Positions 7,792 to 15,203 of a stretch of 47,897 bases of DNA are shown here, one piece after another (positions within the stretch are counted from its first letter, which is position 1; each line of letters opens with the position of its first letter). Below the pieces are notes generated by a model that saw only the letters and a program-made list of their open reading frames with translations, was not told the DNA's origin and ran no database searches. Origin of the DNA: a virus (taxonomy: Duplodnaviria; Caudoviricetes); IMG/VR virus record IMGVR_UViG_3300037470_000256, positions 1 through 47,897 of that record. The stretch is one strand, 5' to 3'. The position numbers and the translations under genes are program-made.

Positions 7792-8963
7792 ACTCCTGCC
7801 TGAATCGCTCGGATGTCTAAGTCTACCCATACCTTTTCGAGCCGGGGTTCTTCTCTCGGCTCGGGAAGCGAGGGGTGGACCGCTAACAGCTTCTCCATCC
7901 GCATCACCCACTCACCCAGCATTCCTTTGCCAGGACCGGGATCATAGGCAATGTCTAACGCCTGACGCCATTCTGATGCAGGATTCTCGCCACGGCGTAA
8001 CTCTACTAATCCGAGTCGGTAGTGATAATCACATTGCATGTCCACATCAAACCTGTTGAGACGCCACTGGAGCGTGTCTTTGATATACTCGACCTGCGCC
8101 CAGTCCTGGAGGGCGGAGCAGGTATCCAGCCGTTCAATGAGCGCATTGGTGACGGTGGCCCAGCACTCCGAGCCCGGCGACAGAGGGGAGCCAATCACCA
8201 ACCGCAAGGCAGCGTCGGCCAGTTTGTAGTGCTGACATCCGACAGCACAGATGGCGAGGTTGGCGAAACAATCCCATTGCAGGGTTTTGTCGGTGTGGAG
8301 GTGGGCGGCGTCGTAGAACTTGAGCGCCGCGTCTACCCAGAGGGGCGGGTGCATGTGGGAGAGTACATCGCCGAGGTTGTTGAGCGCCATTGCCCGCAGC
8401 TCGGACAGGTGGTAGCTGTCGGCGGCGGCGGATTCAAAGTAGGTCCGTGCCTTACTGAGGTTCCCCAGTTTTGATGTGACCATGCCCAGCCCGATATGCG
8501 CCCGAACGACCAGCCACGGTGTCTCTGTTTGTCGGCCGAACCGTTCCACTTCATACCAGACATCTTGTGATTCAATAAACCGGGCCTGTTTCCGGTAGAG
8601 GGTAGCCAACTCAATCAACAGGTCCGGCGACGGCTCCTCGGTGAAGGATCGGGCGAGTTCGGCAAAGTAGAGGGCGCATGCGGTCTCATGCTCAACGGTG
8701 GCCAGGTGCCGGATATAAGCCAGGAGTGCGCCGGCGAGCCGGGTGGGGCTGTTCACCGAGTCAATGATGCGGTGAAAGCACTCCACTTCAAGGCTGTTGA
8801 TGGGCAGGCACGCACCGACGGCTTGCCATGCGGCACCCCACGGCGTGGTGCCGAGCAGGGCTTGTGCGATCGTGACCGACGCCACGCTTACCCGTTCATC
8901 ATTCGCAACCCGGACGAGCAGCGGGTGCATGGGCTCACCGTTTCCGATCAGGGCGAGACTCAT
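7788..8963 (-). CDS. Tetratricopeptide-repeat (TPR) protein, 391 aa
   Basis: TPR-like helices (AHIGLGMVTSKLGNLSKARTYFE, AMALNNLGDV, CFANLAIC, DYHYRLGLV); ATG 8963 overlaps the repressor stop (ATGA). Confidence 0.8.
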   Translation of the reverse strand: MSLALIGNGEPMHPLLVRVANDERVSVASVTIAQALLGTTPWGAAWQAVGACLPINSLEVECFHRIIDSVNSPTRLAGALLAYIRHLATVEHETACALYFAELARSFTEEPSPDLLIELATLYRKQARFIESQDVWYEVERFGRQTETPWLVVRAHIGLGMVTSKLGNLSKARTYFESAAADSYHLSELRAMALNNLGDVLSHMHPPLWVDAALKFYDAAHLHTDKTLQWDCFANLAICAVGCQHYKLADAALRLVIGSPLSPGSECWATVTNALIERLDTCSALQDWAQVEYIKDTLQWRLNRFDVDMQCDYHYRLGLVELRRGENPASEWRQALDIAYDPGPGKGMLGEWVMRMEKLLAVHPSLPEPREEPRLEKVWVDLDIRAIQAGV

Positions 8964-9523
8964 CCCGCGTGCTTCTCCCCGTTCGGTTTGGAGGGGACAC
9001 ACTTGGCACGGGCCGAGTCCTGTTGGCTCGCAACGGCGAGGCGGTTGAAAAAGAAGTAGATGTCTTTGGGGTTGGCGGGGGAACCGGAGCGTGTGAGATC
9101 GTCCAGGTACGAGAGGGCGGCTTTGTAAACGACGATAGTGGCGGTCCATTCGGCGGCCGAATCAGGTATGAGCGGCTCGACTAGCGGTGGGATGCCGTCG
9201 GGTCGGTCGGTGGCTTGAGTTGAGACGGGGGGATGATACGGTAACGATTGGTCCTGCCCCTCGCCAGATGGGGACACTGGCGTCTGACTGCCAAGGGTCA
9301 TTCCCGCTGGGAACTCAATGGGTTGCTCACCGGCCCCTTCCTTGAGATAGCCGGTACTGACATCCAGCAGCGCCGCCACCCGTGCGAGATGGACTGGGCC
9401 AGGGACGTAGCCCGCACGCCACCGGCTCACTGAATTGGGCTCAACCGGGACCTGGCCAGCAAACTCAGCCACGCCTACCCCTTTCCGTTTCATTGCCTCT
9501 TTCAGTCGGTCAGCGAACCCCAC
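8960..9523 (-). CDS. CI-like XRE-family repressor (N-terminal HTH, no S24 peptidase domain seen)
   Basis: FADRLKEAMKRKGVGVAEFAGQVPVEPNSVSRWRAG..P....LARVAALLDVSTGYL; GTG start with GGAG RBS; divergent from the Cro-like gene. Confidence 0.85.
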   Translation of the reverse strand: MGFADRLKEAMKRKGVGVAEFAGQVPVEPNSVSRWRAGYVPGPVHLARVAALLDVSTGYLKEGAGEQPIEFPAGMTLGSQTPVSPSGEGQDQSLPYHPPVSTQATDRPDGIPPLVEPLIPDSAAEWTATIVVYKAALSYLDDLTRSGSPANPKDIYFFFNRLAVASQQDSARAKCVPSKPNGEKHAG

Positions 9524-9559
9524 GTTAGGCTCCCGATCCTTCCGGTTTGATTTGCCCAC

Positions 9560-9607
9560 TTGATATCTTTCTCCGGGTATTGTACTGTGTTTGTGTGTTT
9601 GGCGCAA
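9560..9607. promoter_or_regulatory. Overlapping divergent sigma70-type promoters
   Basis: Plus strand: TTGATA(9560-65)-17 nt-TACTGT(9583-88). Minus strand: TTGCGC(9607-02)-17 nt-TACAAT(9584-79). Confidence 0.55.
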
Positions 9608-9615
9608 GTTTGTTT

Positions 9616-9699
9616 CTAACTCCGGGTTAGGTCGCCACCTAACCGTATGTATGACAGGAACATAGGCTAAAGATATGGCAGAATCTAACCGCGAGATAG
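9616..9699. promoter_or_regulatory. Candidate repressor operators
   Basis: CTAAC-N5-GTTAG (9616-30), GGTTAGGT-CGCC-ACCTAACC (9625-44) and CTAAC-N5-GATAG (9685-99). Confidence 0.5.
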
Positions 9700-9887
9700 G
9701 CGAAGAAACGCCGCAACCGAGTGGCCGGATCGGGGTCTCCGAGGCGGCTCATCGGCTCAAGCTCACCTACCACCAGACTCATGCCTTGCTGCTCCGAGGC
9801 ACGCTAGAAGGAGCGAAGGGCGAGGATGGCTGGTACGTGGAAAGCGATTCCGTGGAGCGGTATCTAGCCGCGCAGGGTGCCGCATGA
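9675..9887 (+). CDS. Small HTH DNA-binding protein (Cro/excisionase-like)
   Basis: IGVSEAAHRLKLT....ALLLRGTLEGAK...WYV: MerR/Xis-type wHTH; first gene of the rightward operon. Confidence 0.75.
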   Translation: MAESNREIGEETPQPSGRIGVSEAAHRLKLTYHQTHALLLRGTLEGAKGEDGWYVESDSVERYLAAQGAA

Positions 9888-10702
9888 CTCTCCCTATTCA
9901 CCCACTCTGCGCACTGTCACCCGATATGCCGGACGCACAATTCAAAGAGTTTGCGGCCGACATCGTCGCTAATGGTCAGCGCCAGCCGATCAAACTCTGG
10001 CAGGGTCAAGTGATTGACGGTCGGCACCGACTACGCGCCTGTACTGAATCCGGGTTGGAGCCGGTGACCGAGATGGTGGAGATGGAGGAGTCAGCCTTAC
10101 CGGGCTACGTCCTGTCGCTGAACACGATGCGGAACCACCTCACCCCGGCCTCACGGGCAATGTATGCGGCTGAGGTGGCGGGCCTGGTTCACGGCAGCAA
10201 TCAGTTTCAGAAGAAAGAGGAGACAGATATAACTGCCTCCTCTATCTCTATCCAGGCAGCCGCCGACGCAGTCGGGGTTCACTCCACGACGGTGGACCGC
10301 GCCAAAAAGATCAAACGAGAAGCGGCCCCCGAGGTGACGGACGCCATCCGCAAGGGCAGTCTGAGCCTTCACGCGGCGCGGGAGATCATCAGTGCGGTGC
10401 CAGAGAAGGCCGATCAGCCTGCCGCGCTCAAGAAGGTTCTGGAGGCCAAAGGAACCAAACACAGAGCTAAAACGGCCATCTCAGGTGGGCGGGTCCGTCG
10501 CTCTCCCAAAAAGAATGAACCTCGTGAGGCGTTGATCGACCGCGCCCTCATGCAGGTCGAGACTGGCGTCTCTGTTTTAGACAGTCATGGGAAAGACATC
10601 GCCCCCTCGTCAGAGATGCTCAAGCAGTGGTTGGGTGTCATCACGCGGGCGATGACTTCCCTTCGTCGGTTCCGCTCTCAGATCACTCAGGAGGTTGCAT
10701 GA
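9884..10702 (+). CDS. ParB/Srx N-terminal-domain protein with HTH
   Basis: IHPLC...DIVANGQRQPI...IDGRHRLRAC, then AADAVGVHSTTVDRAKKI HTH. Confidence 0.8.
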   Translation: MTLPIHPLCALSPDMPDAQFKEFAADIVANGQRQPIKLWQGQVIDGRHRLRACTESGLEPVTEMVEMEESALPGYVLSLNTMRNHLTPASRAMYAAEVAGLVHGSNQFQKKEETDITASSISIQAAADAVGVHSTTVDRAKKIKREAAPEVTDAIRKGSLSLHAAREIISAVPEKADQPAALKKVLEAKGTKHRAKTAISGGRVRRSPKKNEPREALIDRALMQVETGVSVLDSHGKDIAPSSEMLKQWLGVITRAMTSLRRFRSQITQEVA

Positions 10703-11520
10703 CAGCCGCACGTACGCCCAACACGCTCAATATGGCGCATGTCGAGTGGCTACCCCTCAAGCGTCTCACGGTGGACGAGCGCATTCAGCGACCTCTCAAT
10801 CAGAACTGGATCAAGCGCACCGCCCCGAACTTCGACCCTGACGCCCTCGGAGCGCTGGAAATCTCGCTGCGAAAAGATGGTCGCTACGTCATCGTGGACG
10901 GCCAGCACCGCAAGGCAATGCTCGAAACGCTCGGCTACCTGGATCAGCTCGCACCGTGCTTAGTGCATCGCGGCCTCACGTTTGAGCAGGAGGCGAAGCT
11001 CTTCGTGAACAAAAACACGATGCGGCGCCCTGAACTTCTGGATTTCTATCTCCAGCGTCTCAACGCGAAAGAGGAATTGGCGGTAGCGATTCACGAAATC
11101 GTCTCTGAGTTTGGTCTGACCATTGGGCGCGGGAACAACGACAAGAACATCCAGGCAATAAAGGCCGTTCAGGTGACATATCTCGGAGATCGGGGAAAGG
11201 GTAGTGGGCGAAACCCCAAGGCGCTGCGAGACACTCTTTGGACGCTGATCGCGGCGTGGGGCTCCGCTTCGGAGGTATTCACGGGCGACGTGCTTGAGGG
11301 GCTCGGTCTGATGTTTCTCCGGGATAACACCACTATCGACCGCAAACTTCTAGCAGAAAAACTCGCCAAACAAGGATCAGTCTCGCGCATTATCGGCCGG
11401 GCGAAAATGGCAAAGGAGACTCACGGTGGATCGGTGGCTCGAAACGTGGCAGGTGTGGCCACTGAATTGTACAACCGTGGCCATCGGGTCAACAAACTCT
11501 CCTCCTGGTGGGCGGAGTGA
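10699..11520 (+). CDS. Second ParB-fold protein (DGQHR type, DUF6551-like)
   Basis: VDERIQRPL...FDPDALG...YVIVDGQHR...EQEAKLF..N; ATG 10699 with GGAGG RBS overlapping the upstream stop. Confidence 0.75.
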   Translation: MTAARTPNTLNMAHVEWLPLKRLTVDERIQRPLNQNWIKRTAPNFDPDALGALEISLRKDGRYVIVDGQHRKAMLETLGYLDQLAPCLVHRGLTFEQEAKLFVNKNTMRRPELLDFYLQRLNAKEELAVAIHEIVSEFGLTIGRGNNDKNIQAIKAVQVTYLGDRGKGSGRNPKALRDTLWTLIAAWGSASEVFTGDVLEGLGLMFLRDNTTIDRKLLAEKLAKQGSVSRIIGRAKMAKETHGGSVARNVAGVATELYNRGHRVNKLSSWWAE

Positions 11521-11597
11521 CCGTCTTTCTCTGGCTGCTGGTGCTCATGGTCTGCTGGGCGTGGCTGTTCAGTGAACTGATGGAGGATGACAAATGA
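11517..11597 (+). CDS. 26-aa single-TM peptide
   Basis: VTVFLWLLVLMVCWAWLFSELMEDDK; stop/start overlaps at both ends. Confidence 0.5.
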   Translation: MTVFLWLLVLMVCWAWLFSELMEDDK

Positions 11598-11710
11598 TTA
11601 GCTGCACGCTGTCGGTGATCGTGGGGGCCATCGCGGGACTTTTAGGGTATGCCTTGGGGCGCACAGTGGAAGGAATCGTCCGGACCTATCGAGAGAAGAG
11701 GGGACAATGA
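11594..11710 (+). CDS. 38-aa single-TM peptide
   Basis: MISCTLSVIVGAIAGLLGYALGRTVEG...; GGAGG RBS; ATGA overlaps. Confidence 0.5.
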   Translation: MISCTLSVIVGAIAGLLGYALGRTVEGIVRTYREKRGQ

Positions 11711-12156
11711 GCGCCGAGAAGTTCGAGCGGATCGTGGAGATGCACGGCGCGTTCGACAAGCGCCATCCCGACCCGAATAAGAACTACGGTATCCACGGAA
11801 TGGAAATCCGCTTTGTGCTCAAGGGGCCACTCGGCGCAGTGCAATTCCTCGTGTTCACCGGCATGCACTTACCGCTCGTCGCCGCAGAGTTGTGGGATCG
11901 GCAGGGAAGTTACAACCCGTTCGAACCGATGGGAGCCGACATCGGGTTTCACTCACCGACACCTCACTACGACTCCCACACGCCGATAGAGGACTGCCCC
12001 TATCTCGACGGTAAGCCGTGTTACTACGACGGCTCGGGACTACAGGCAGAAGAGTTTATGGGGCAGTTCTTGGCGGGCGGTTCTGATGCAGTGTGGCCGA
12101 TGCTGGAGCAGCGGTATCGCACATGGCTGGAAAAGTCTGAGGAGGCCGTCGCATGA
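11707..12156 (+). CDS. Hypothetical phage protein
   Basis: 149 aa; coupled start and stop; protein-like composition (CPYLDGKPCYYDGS). Confidence 0.7.
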   Translation: MSAEKFERIVEMHGAFDKRHPDPNKNYGIHGMEIRFVLKGPLGAVQFLVFTGMHLPLVAAELWDRQGSYNPFEPMGADIGFHSPTPHYDSHTPIEDCPYLDGKPCYYDGSGLQAEEFMGQFLAGGSDAVWPMLEQRYRTWLEKSEEAVA

Positions 12157-12248
12157 CCACCGCTCACGTGGTGGTGCTGCTGTTGACCATACCTGCCATT
12201 CTCGGCGGCTGGTGGATTCAATCTCGGAAGTATCGGAGGCACCAGTGA
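12153..12248 (+). CDS. 31-aa single-TM peptide
   Basis: MTTAHVVVLLLTIPAILGGWWIQSRKYRRHQ; GAGGAGG RBS. Confidence 0.5.
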   Translation: MTTAHVVVLLLTIPAILGGWWIQSRKYRRHQ

Positions 12249-12553
12249 CGTACAAGCCTGGCAGCGATTCCGAAGAGCTGCGCGAATCCGCGGAGGTCTG
12301 GCATGAACAAGGCTGCGTCCTCTGTGGTGGGCCGTCCAATGGATTTCGGTTATGTGGACGTTGTCTCACCGAAGAACAAGACCGAATCGAGCATGCGACG
12401 ACGGAGCCCCCAGCGTTCGGGGTAGGCGCAATGGGCATGTCAGTCTACGATGACGAAGCCCTGTCGATCCACGACGCTGATAAATGCCGATTCATGACCG
12501 AGCCCTGCTCGATTTGCGGGCGATGCGCGGAAGACATTGCGAGGGGCGAATGA
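12245..12553 (+). CDS. Cys-rich hypothetical protein (CxxC pairs)
   Basis: GTG start with GGAGG RBS; CVLC...CGRC and CSICGRC. Confidence 0.6.
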   Translation: MTYKPGSDSEELRESAEVWHEQGCVLCGGPSNGFRLCGRCLTEEQDRIEHATTEPPAFGVGAMGMSVYDDEALSIHDADKCRFMTEPCSICGRCAEDIARGE

Positions 12554-13434
12554 GCGAATCTACTGCCGTTGTCCGATCACACGCCGATGAGCCGCTGACG
12601 ATCGCGCGGCAACCGGAGGCGGATTTCGCCGCCCTCATGAACCTAGCCAAAGCGTTAGTCCCCACCGGGTTCCTGCCTGACCACATCAAGACGGCAGGGC
12701 AGGCGGTGGCGATCATCCTGACGGGGCGGGAGATGGGGGTGGGTCCGATGCAGTCCCTCCGTTCCATCGTCATGGTGAAGGGCAAGCCTACCGTCTCCGC
12801 CGACCTGCAACTGGCGGTGTTCAAGCGGAACGGGGGCAAGGCCACGTTCCTCCATCTGGACGACCAGAGGGCCGTGTTGGAGTTGACGCACCCGAACGGG
12901 GACAGGCATACCGAGACGTTCACGATGGCGGACGCACGGGCGGCAGGGTTGACCAACGAAACCTACCGCAAGTGGCCCAAGGCGATGCTTCGAAGCCGCG
13001 CCATTACCGCCGGGTTGAAGTCGGTAGGGTTTGAACCGTGTGCGGGAGCGTATGACCCGGAGGAGCTGGCCCCGGTCATGGATGATGGGAGGAACGGATC
13101 ACCCCCAAAAGCGGAGGGGCCAACGGAGACTCCGGCCCCAACTATCGCGGCTGATACTCAACCTCTCCGCAACTGTACCCTCCGCAAGCGGGGACGGTTC
13201 TTTGTGGTTGAGGGCGACAACATCCAAGATCACAACGACCTCCTCGCTTCGCTGGGGTGGAAGTGGGACCCAAAGAAGAAGTTCTACTGGCACCCGGAAG
13301 AAGGGGCCGACGAGGCGGCGGACACGGTTGGACTACTGATCCCACCGCCTGAGACGTTGGCGGATTTCCCGAAGGCACTGGAACCAACCGAAGGCGAGAA
13401 GGAACTGGACTCGTTACTGGACGGTGCCAAGTGA
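12550..13434 (+). CDS. recT: RecT/Redbeta-like single-strand annealing protein
   Basis: GFLPDH...AIILTGREMGVGPMQSLRSI...GKP...FTMADARAAGL...YRKWPKAMLRSRAIT pattern of phage SSAPs. Confidence 0.75.
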   Translation: MSESTAVVRSHADEPLTIARQPEADFAALMNLAKALVPTGFLPDHIKTAGQAVAIILTGREMGVGPMQSLRSIVMVKGKPTVSADLQLAVFKRNGGKATFLHLDDQRAVLELTHPNGDRHTETFTMADARAAGLTNETYRKWPKAMLRSRAITAGLKSVGFEPCAGAYDPEELAPVMDDGRNGSPPKAEGPTETPAPTIAADTQPLRNCTLRKRGRFFVVEGDNIQDHNDLLASLGWKWDPKKKFYWHPEEGADEAADTVGLLIPPPETLADFPKALEPTEGEKELDSLLDGAK

Positions 13435-13577
13435 CCGCGCTCCAGTTCTCCCACACGACCCGATTAGGGTGGATCGTCCGCCGGATTGAAGAGGCCAAGG
13501 ACGACATGGAAGTCTGGGCCATCCAACGAGACTTGTTGGTGTGGCTGAAAGAGAAAGCCCGGATCGGCAATAGGTAG
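13431..13577 (+). CDS. 48-aa hypothetical protein
   Basis: GTGA overlap with the SSAP stop; fills the gap. Confidence 0.45.
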   Translation: MTALQFSHTTRLGWIVRRIEEAKDDMEVWAIQRDLLVWLKEKARIGNR

Positions 13578-13603
13578 CCCCGGAAGCCGGTGGAGCTGAT
13601 GCC

Positions 13604-13984
13604 GTGAGTGAGCCGATCCGCTTTCGAGTGGAGGGCAGACCGCCCACCGTCAACGAGATGACCAAGCGCACTCGGCACTGGGGCACGGCCCACTTGCTCA
13701 AGAAAGCCTGGGCTGATCGGGTCATGGTGGCGAGGCAGAACAACCGACTACAGAGAGCCACAGGGAAACGCCGGGTGGACATTGTTGTGATGCTTGGCAA
13801 GGGACAGCGCACAACTGATCCTGATGCCCTCTGGAAGTCCTCACTTGACGCACTCAAGGTCAACTGGCTGCTCGTGGACGACTCCCCGAAGTGGTGCGAG
13901 ATGGGAACCGTGACGTTCAAGGAGCGTGGCTCATTCGTGGAGAAGGTTGGGTGGACCGAGTACATCCTGACGGAGACGGCATGA
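13604..13984 (+). CDS. rusA: RusA-like Holliday junction resolvase
   Basis: PPTVN...DPDALWKSSLDALK..LLVDDS matches the RusA DxDN..K...DAL...DD motif. Confidence 0.8.
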   Translation: MSEPIRFRVEGRPPTVNEMTKRTRHWGTAHLLKKAWADRVMVARQNNRLQRATGKRRVDIVVMLGKGQRTTDPDALWKSSLDALKVNWLLVDDSPKWCEMGTVTFKERGSFVEKVGWTEYILTETA

Positions 13985-14190
13985 CCGCCCGTCATCTCCA
14001 CCTCCTGCCACCCCAAGGAGGATCGGTGAAAGCGTCCCCGGTGCTGCGCTTCCCGGCGAAGTATCGCAGTCTGATGCGGGGCATCTTGCGGCGGGAGATC
14101 GCCCGATTAGAGACGGCGGTGCCGATGGAGGAGTGGATGGTGGATGACGAGGAGGGCTGGATTACCCTGAGATTCGAGCGCGAGCCGTGA
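13981..14190 (+). CDS. Hypothetical protein
   Basis: ATGA/GTGA coupled at both ends. Confidence 0.55.
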   Translation: MTARHLHLLPPQGGSVKASPVLRFPAKYRSLMRGILRREIARLETAVPMEEWMVDDEEGWITLRFEREP

Positions 14191-14561
14191 GACGCTGGCA
14201 CGGGGACGACTTCCCCCCGCCTGATCCTGGGCTCTCCGGGTTGCCCCTCTGGAAAGAATCGCCGCCCGAAGAAGCAAGGCCGCATGTGTTGCCGATTGAC
14301 GGCACACTCACGGCAGAGTACTGGAAATGGCGGGAGTCAGGTATCGGGCAGCGGGTCTACCATGCGTTCTGTTTGGAAGCGATGACCCGGATGAAGCTGG
14401 GCGCGGAGTACATTGGTGCGAAAAGTGTGTGGGAGGCTATCCGGCCTCGGTTTCATCAGGGCTGCGATAACAGGTTTCCCCAATTCGTGAGCCGGGAATG
14501 CGTGGAGGAATACCCGGAGTTGAAGCCGTACTTCAAGTTCAGGATTCGCAAGGTTGTCTAA
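14187..14561 (+). CDS. Hypothetical phage protein
   Basis: 124 aa; IGAKSVWEAIR...NRFPQFVSR...FKFR; coupled start. Confidence 0.65.
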   Translation: MRRWHGDDFPPPDPGLSGLPLWKESPPEEARPHVLPIDGTLTAEYWKWRESGIGQRVYHAFCLEAMTRMKLGAEYIGAKSVWEAIRPRFHQGCDNRFPQFVSRECVEEYPELKPYFKFRIRKVV

Positions 14562-14597
14562 GAAGAAATCGGGGCCGCTGTGTGGCCTACCCTGATT

Positions 14598-14806
14598 GAC
14601 GTGCCGTACCCTGAATGGCGGATAAGGGGGCGGCAACCTCTCTGGCGAGAGGAGACGTAGGGCTGAGAGGGGCGGGCACGGCGACCCGCACACAATAAAA
14701 ATATCGGGCACTTAATCGCAGTAGCCGGGGTGCGTGGTTCAGGCAAAAACGCGCAGCAACCGTTGGCCCGAGGTGCATAGCCGGTTCGACTCCGGCCCTC
14801 AGTCTT
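14598..14806 (+). ncRNA. Candidate structured RNA with a tRNA-type T arm
   Basis: GCCGG-TTCGACT-CCGGC (14780-96); closing helix 14659-67/14798-806; several further hairpins in a gap of about 300 nt without a credible gene. Confidence 0.45.
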
Positions 14807-14858
14807 TCAGTTTGATTTTGTCTTGCAGTGGGGGGAGAGAGGGGAGCCCACCGACCAC

Positions 14859-15203
14859 ATGAGCATCGAACAGCAGCAGCCCGAGGAGGAGAACCCGGAG
14901 CCCCGTTCGTTTCGCTGGGAGGGGAAGCGGTACGCGCTTCACGCTTGCTGGTGGCAGCAATGGGGTGAGTGGTTCACTCGCGGGTGGAACTGGAAAAACT
15001 TCACGCTCATCAATGTGAGTTTTGAGGGCGGCGCATACAAAGGCGGTTACGGCGAACTGACGCTCGGACTGCTGGGACTCAATTGCCAGATTGAAATCTA
15101 CGACCAAGCGGACCGCGCACAGAAGCTTGCGCCCGTCATGGACAGGCTTCTCGAATGGCGCTCACGCGAAGATCGCGAACCGTGGGAGCAGAACCCCCTA
15201 TGA
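14859..15203 (+). CDS. Trp-rich hypothetical protein
   Basis: ATG 14859 after a purine-rich RBS; 114 aa. Confidence 0.6.
   Translation: MSIEQQQPEEENPEPRSFRWEGKRYALHACWWQQWGEWFTRGWNWKNFTLINVSFEGGAYKGGYGELTLGLLGLNCQIEIYDQADRAQKLAPVMDRLLEWRSREDREPWEQNPL

Noticed and set aside
8964-9149. N-terminal extension of the TPR ORF (453-aa version)
   Set aside because: It overlaps the repressor in another frame; ATG 8963 has an RBS and ATGA coupling.
14659-14806. tmRNA or tRNA-Sec
   Set aside because: Too short for tmRNA, with no tag ORF and no GGGG...CCACCA ends; no UCA anticodon arm.
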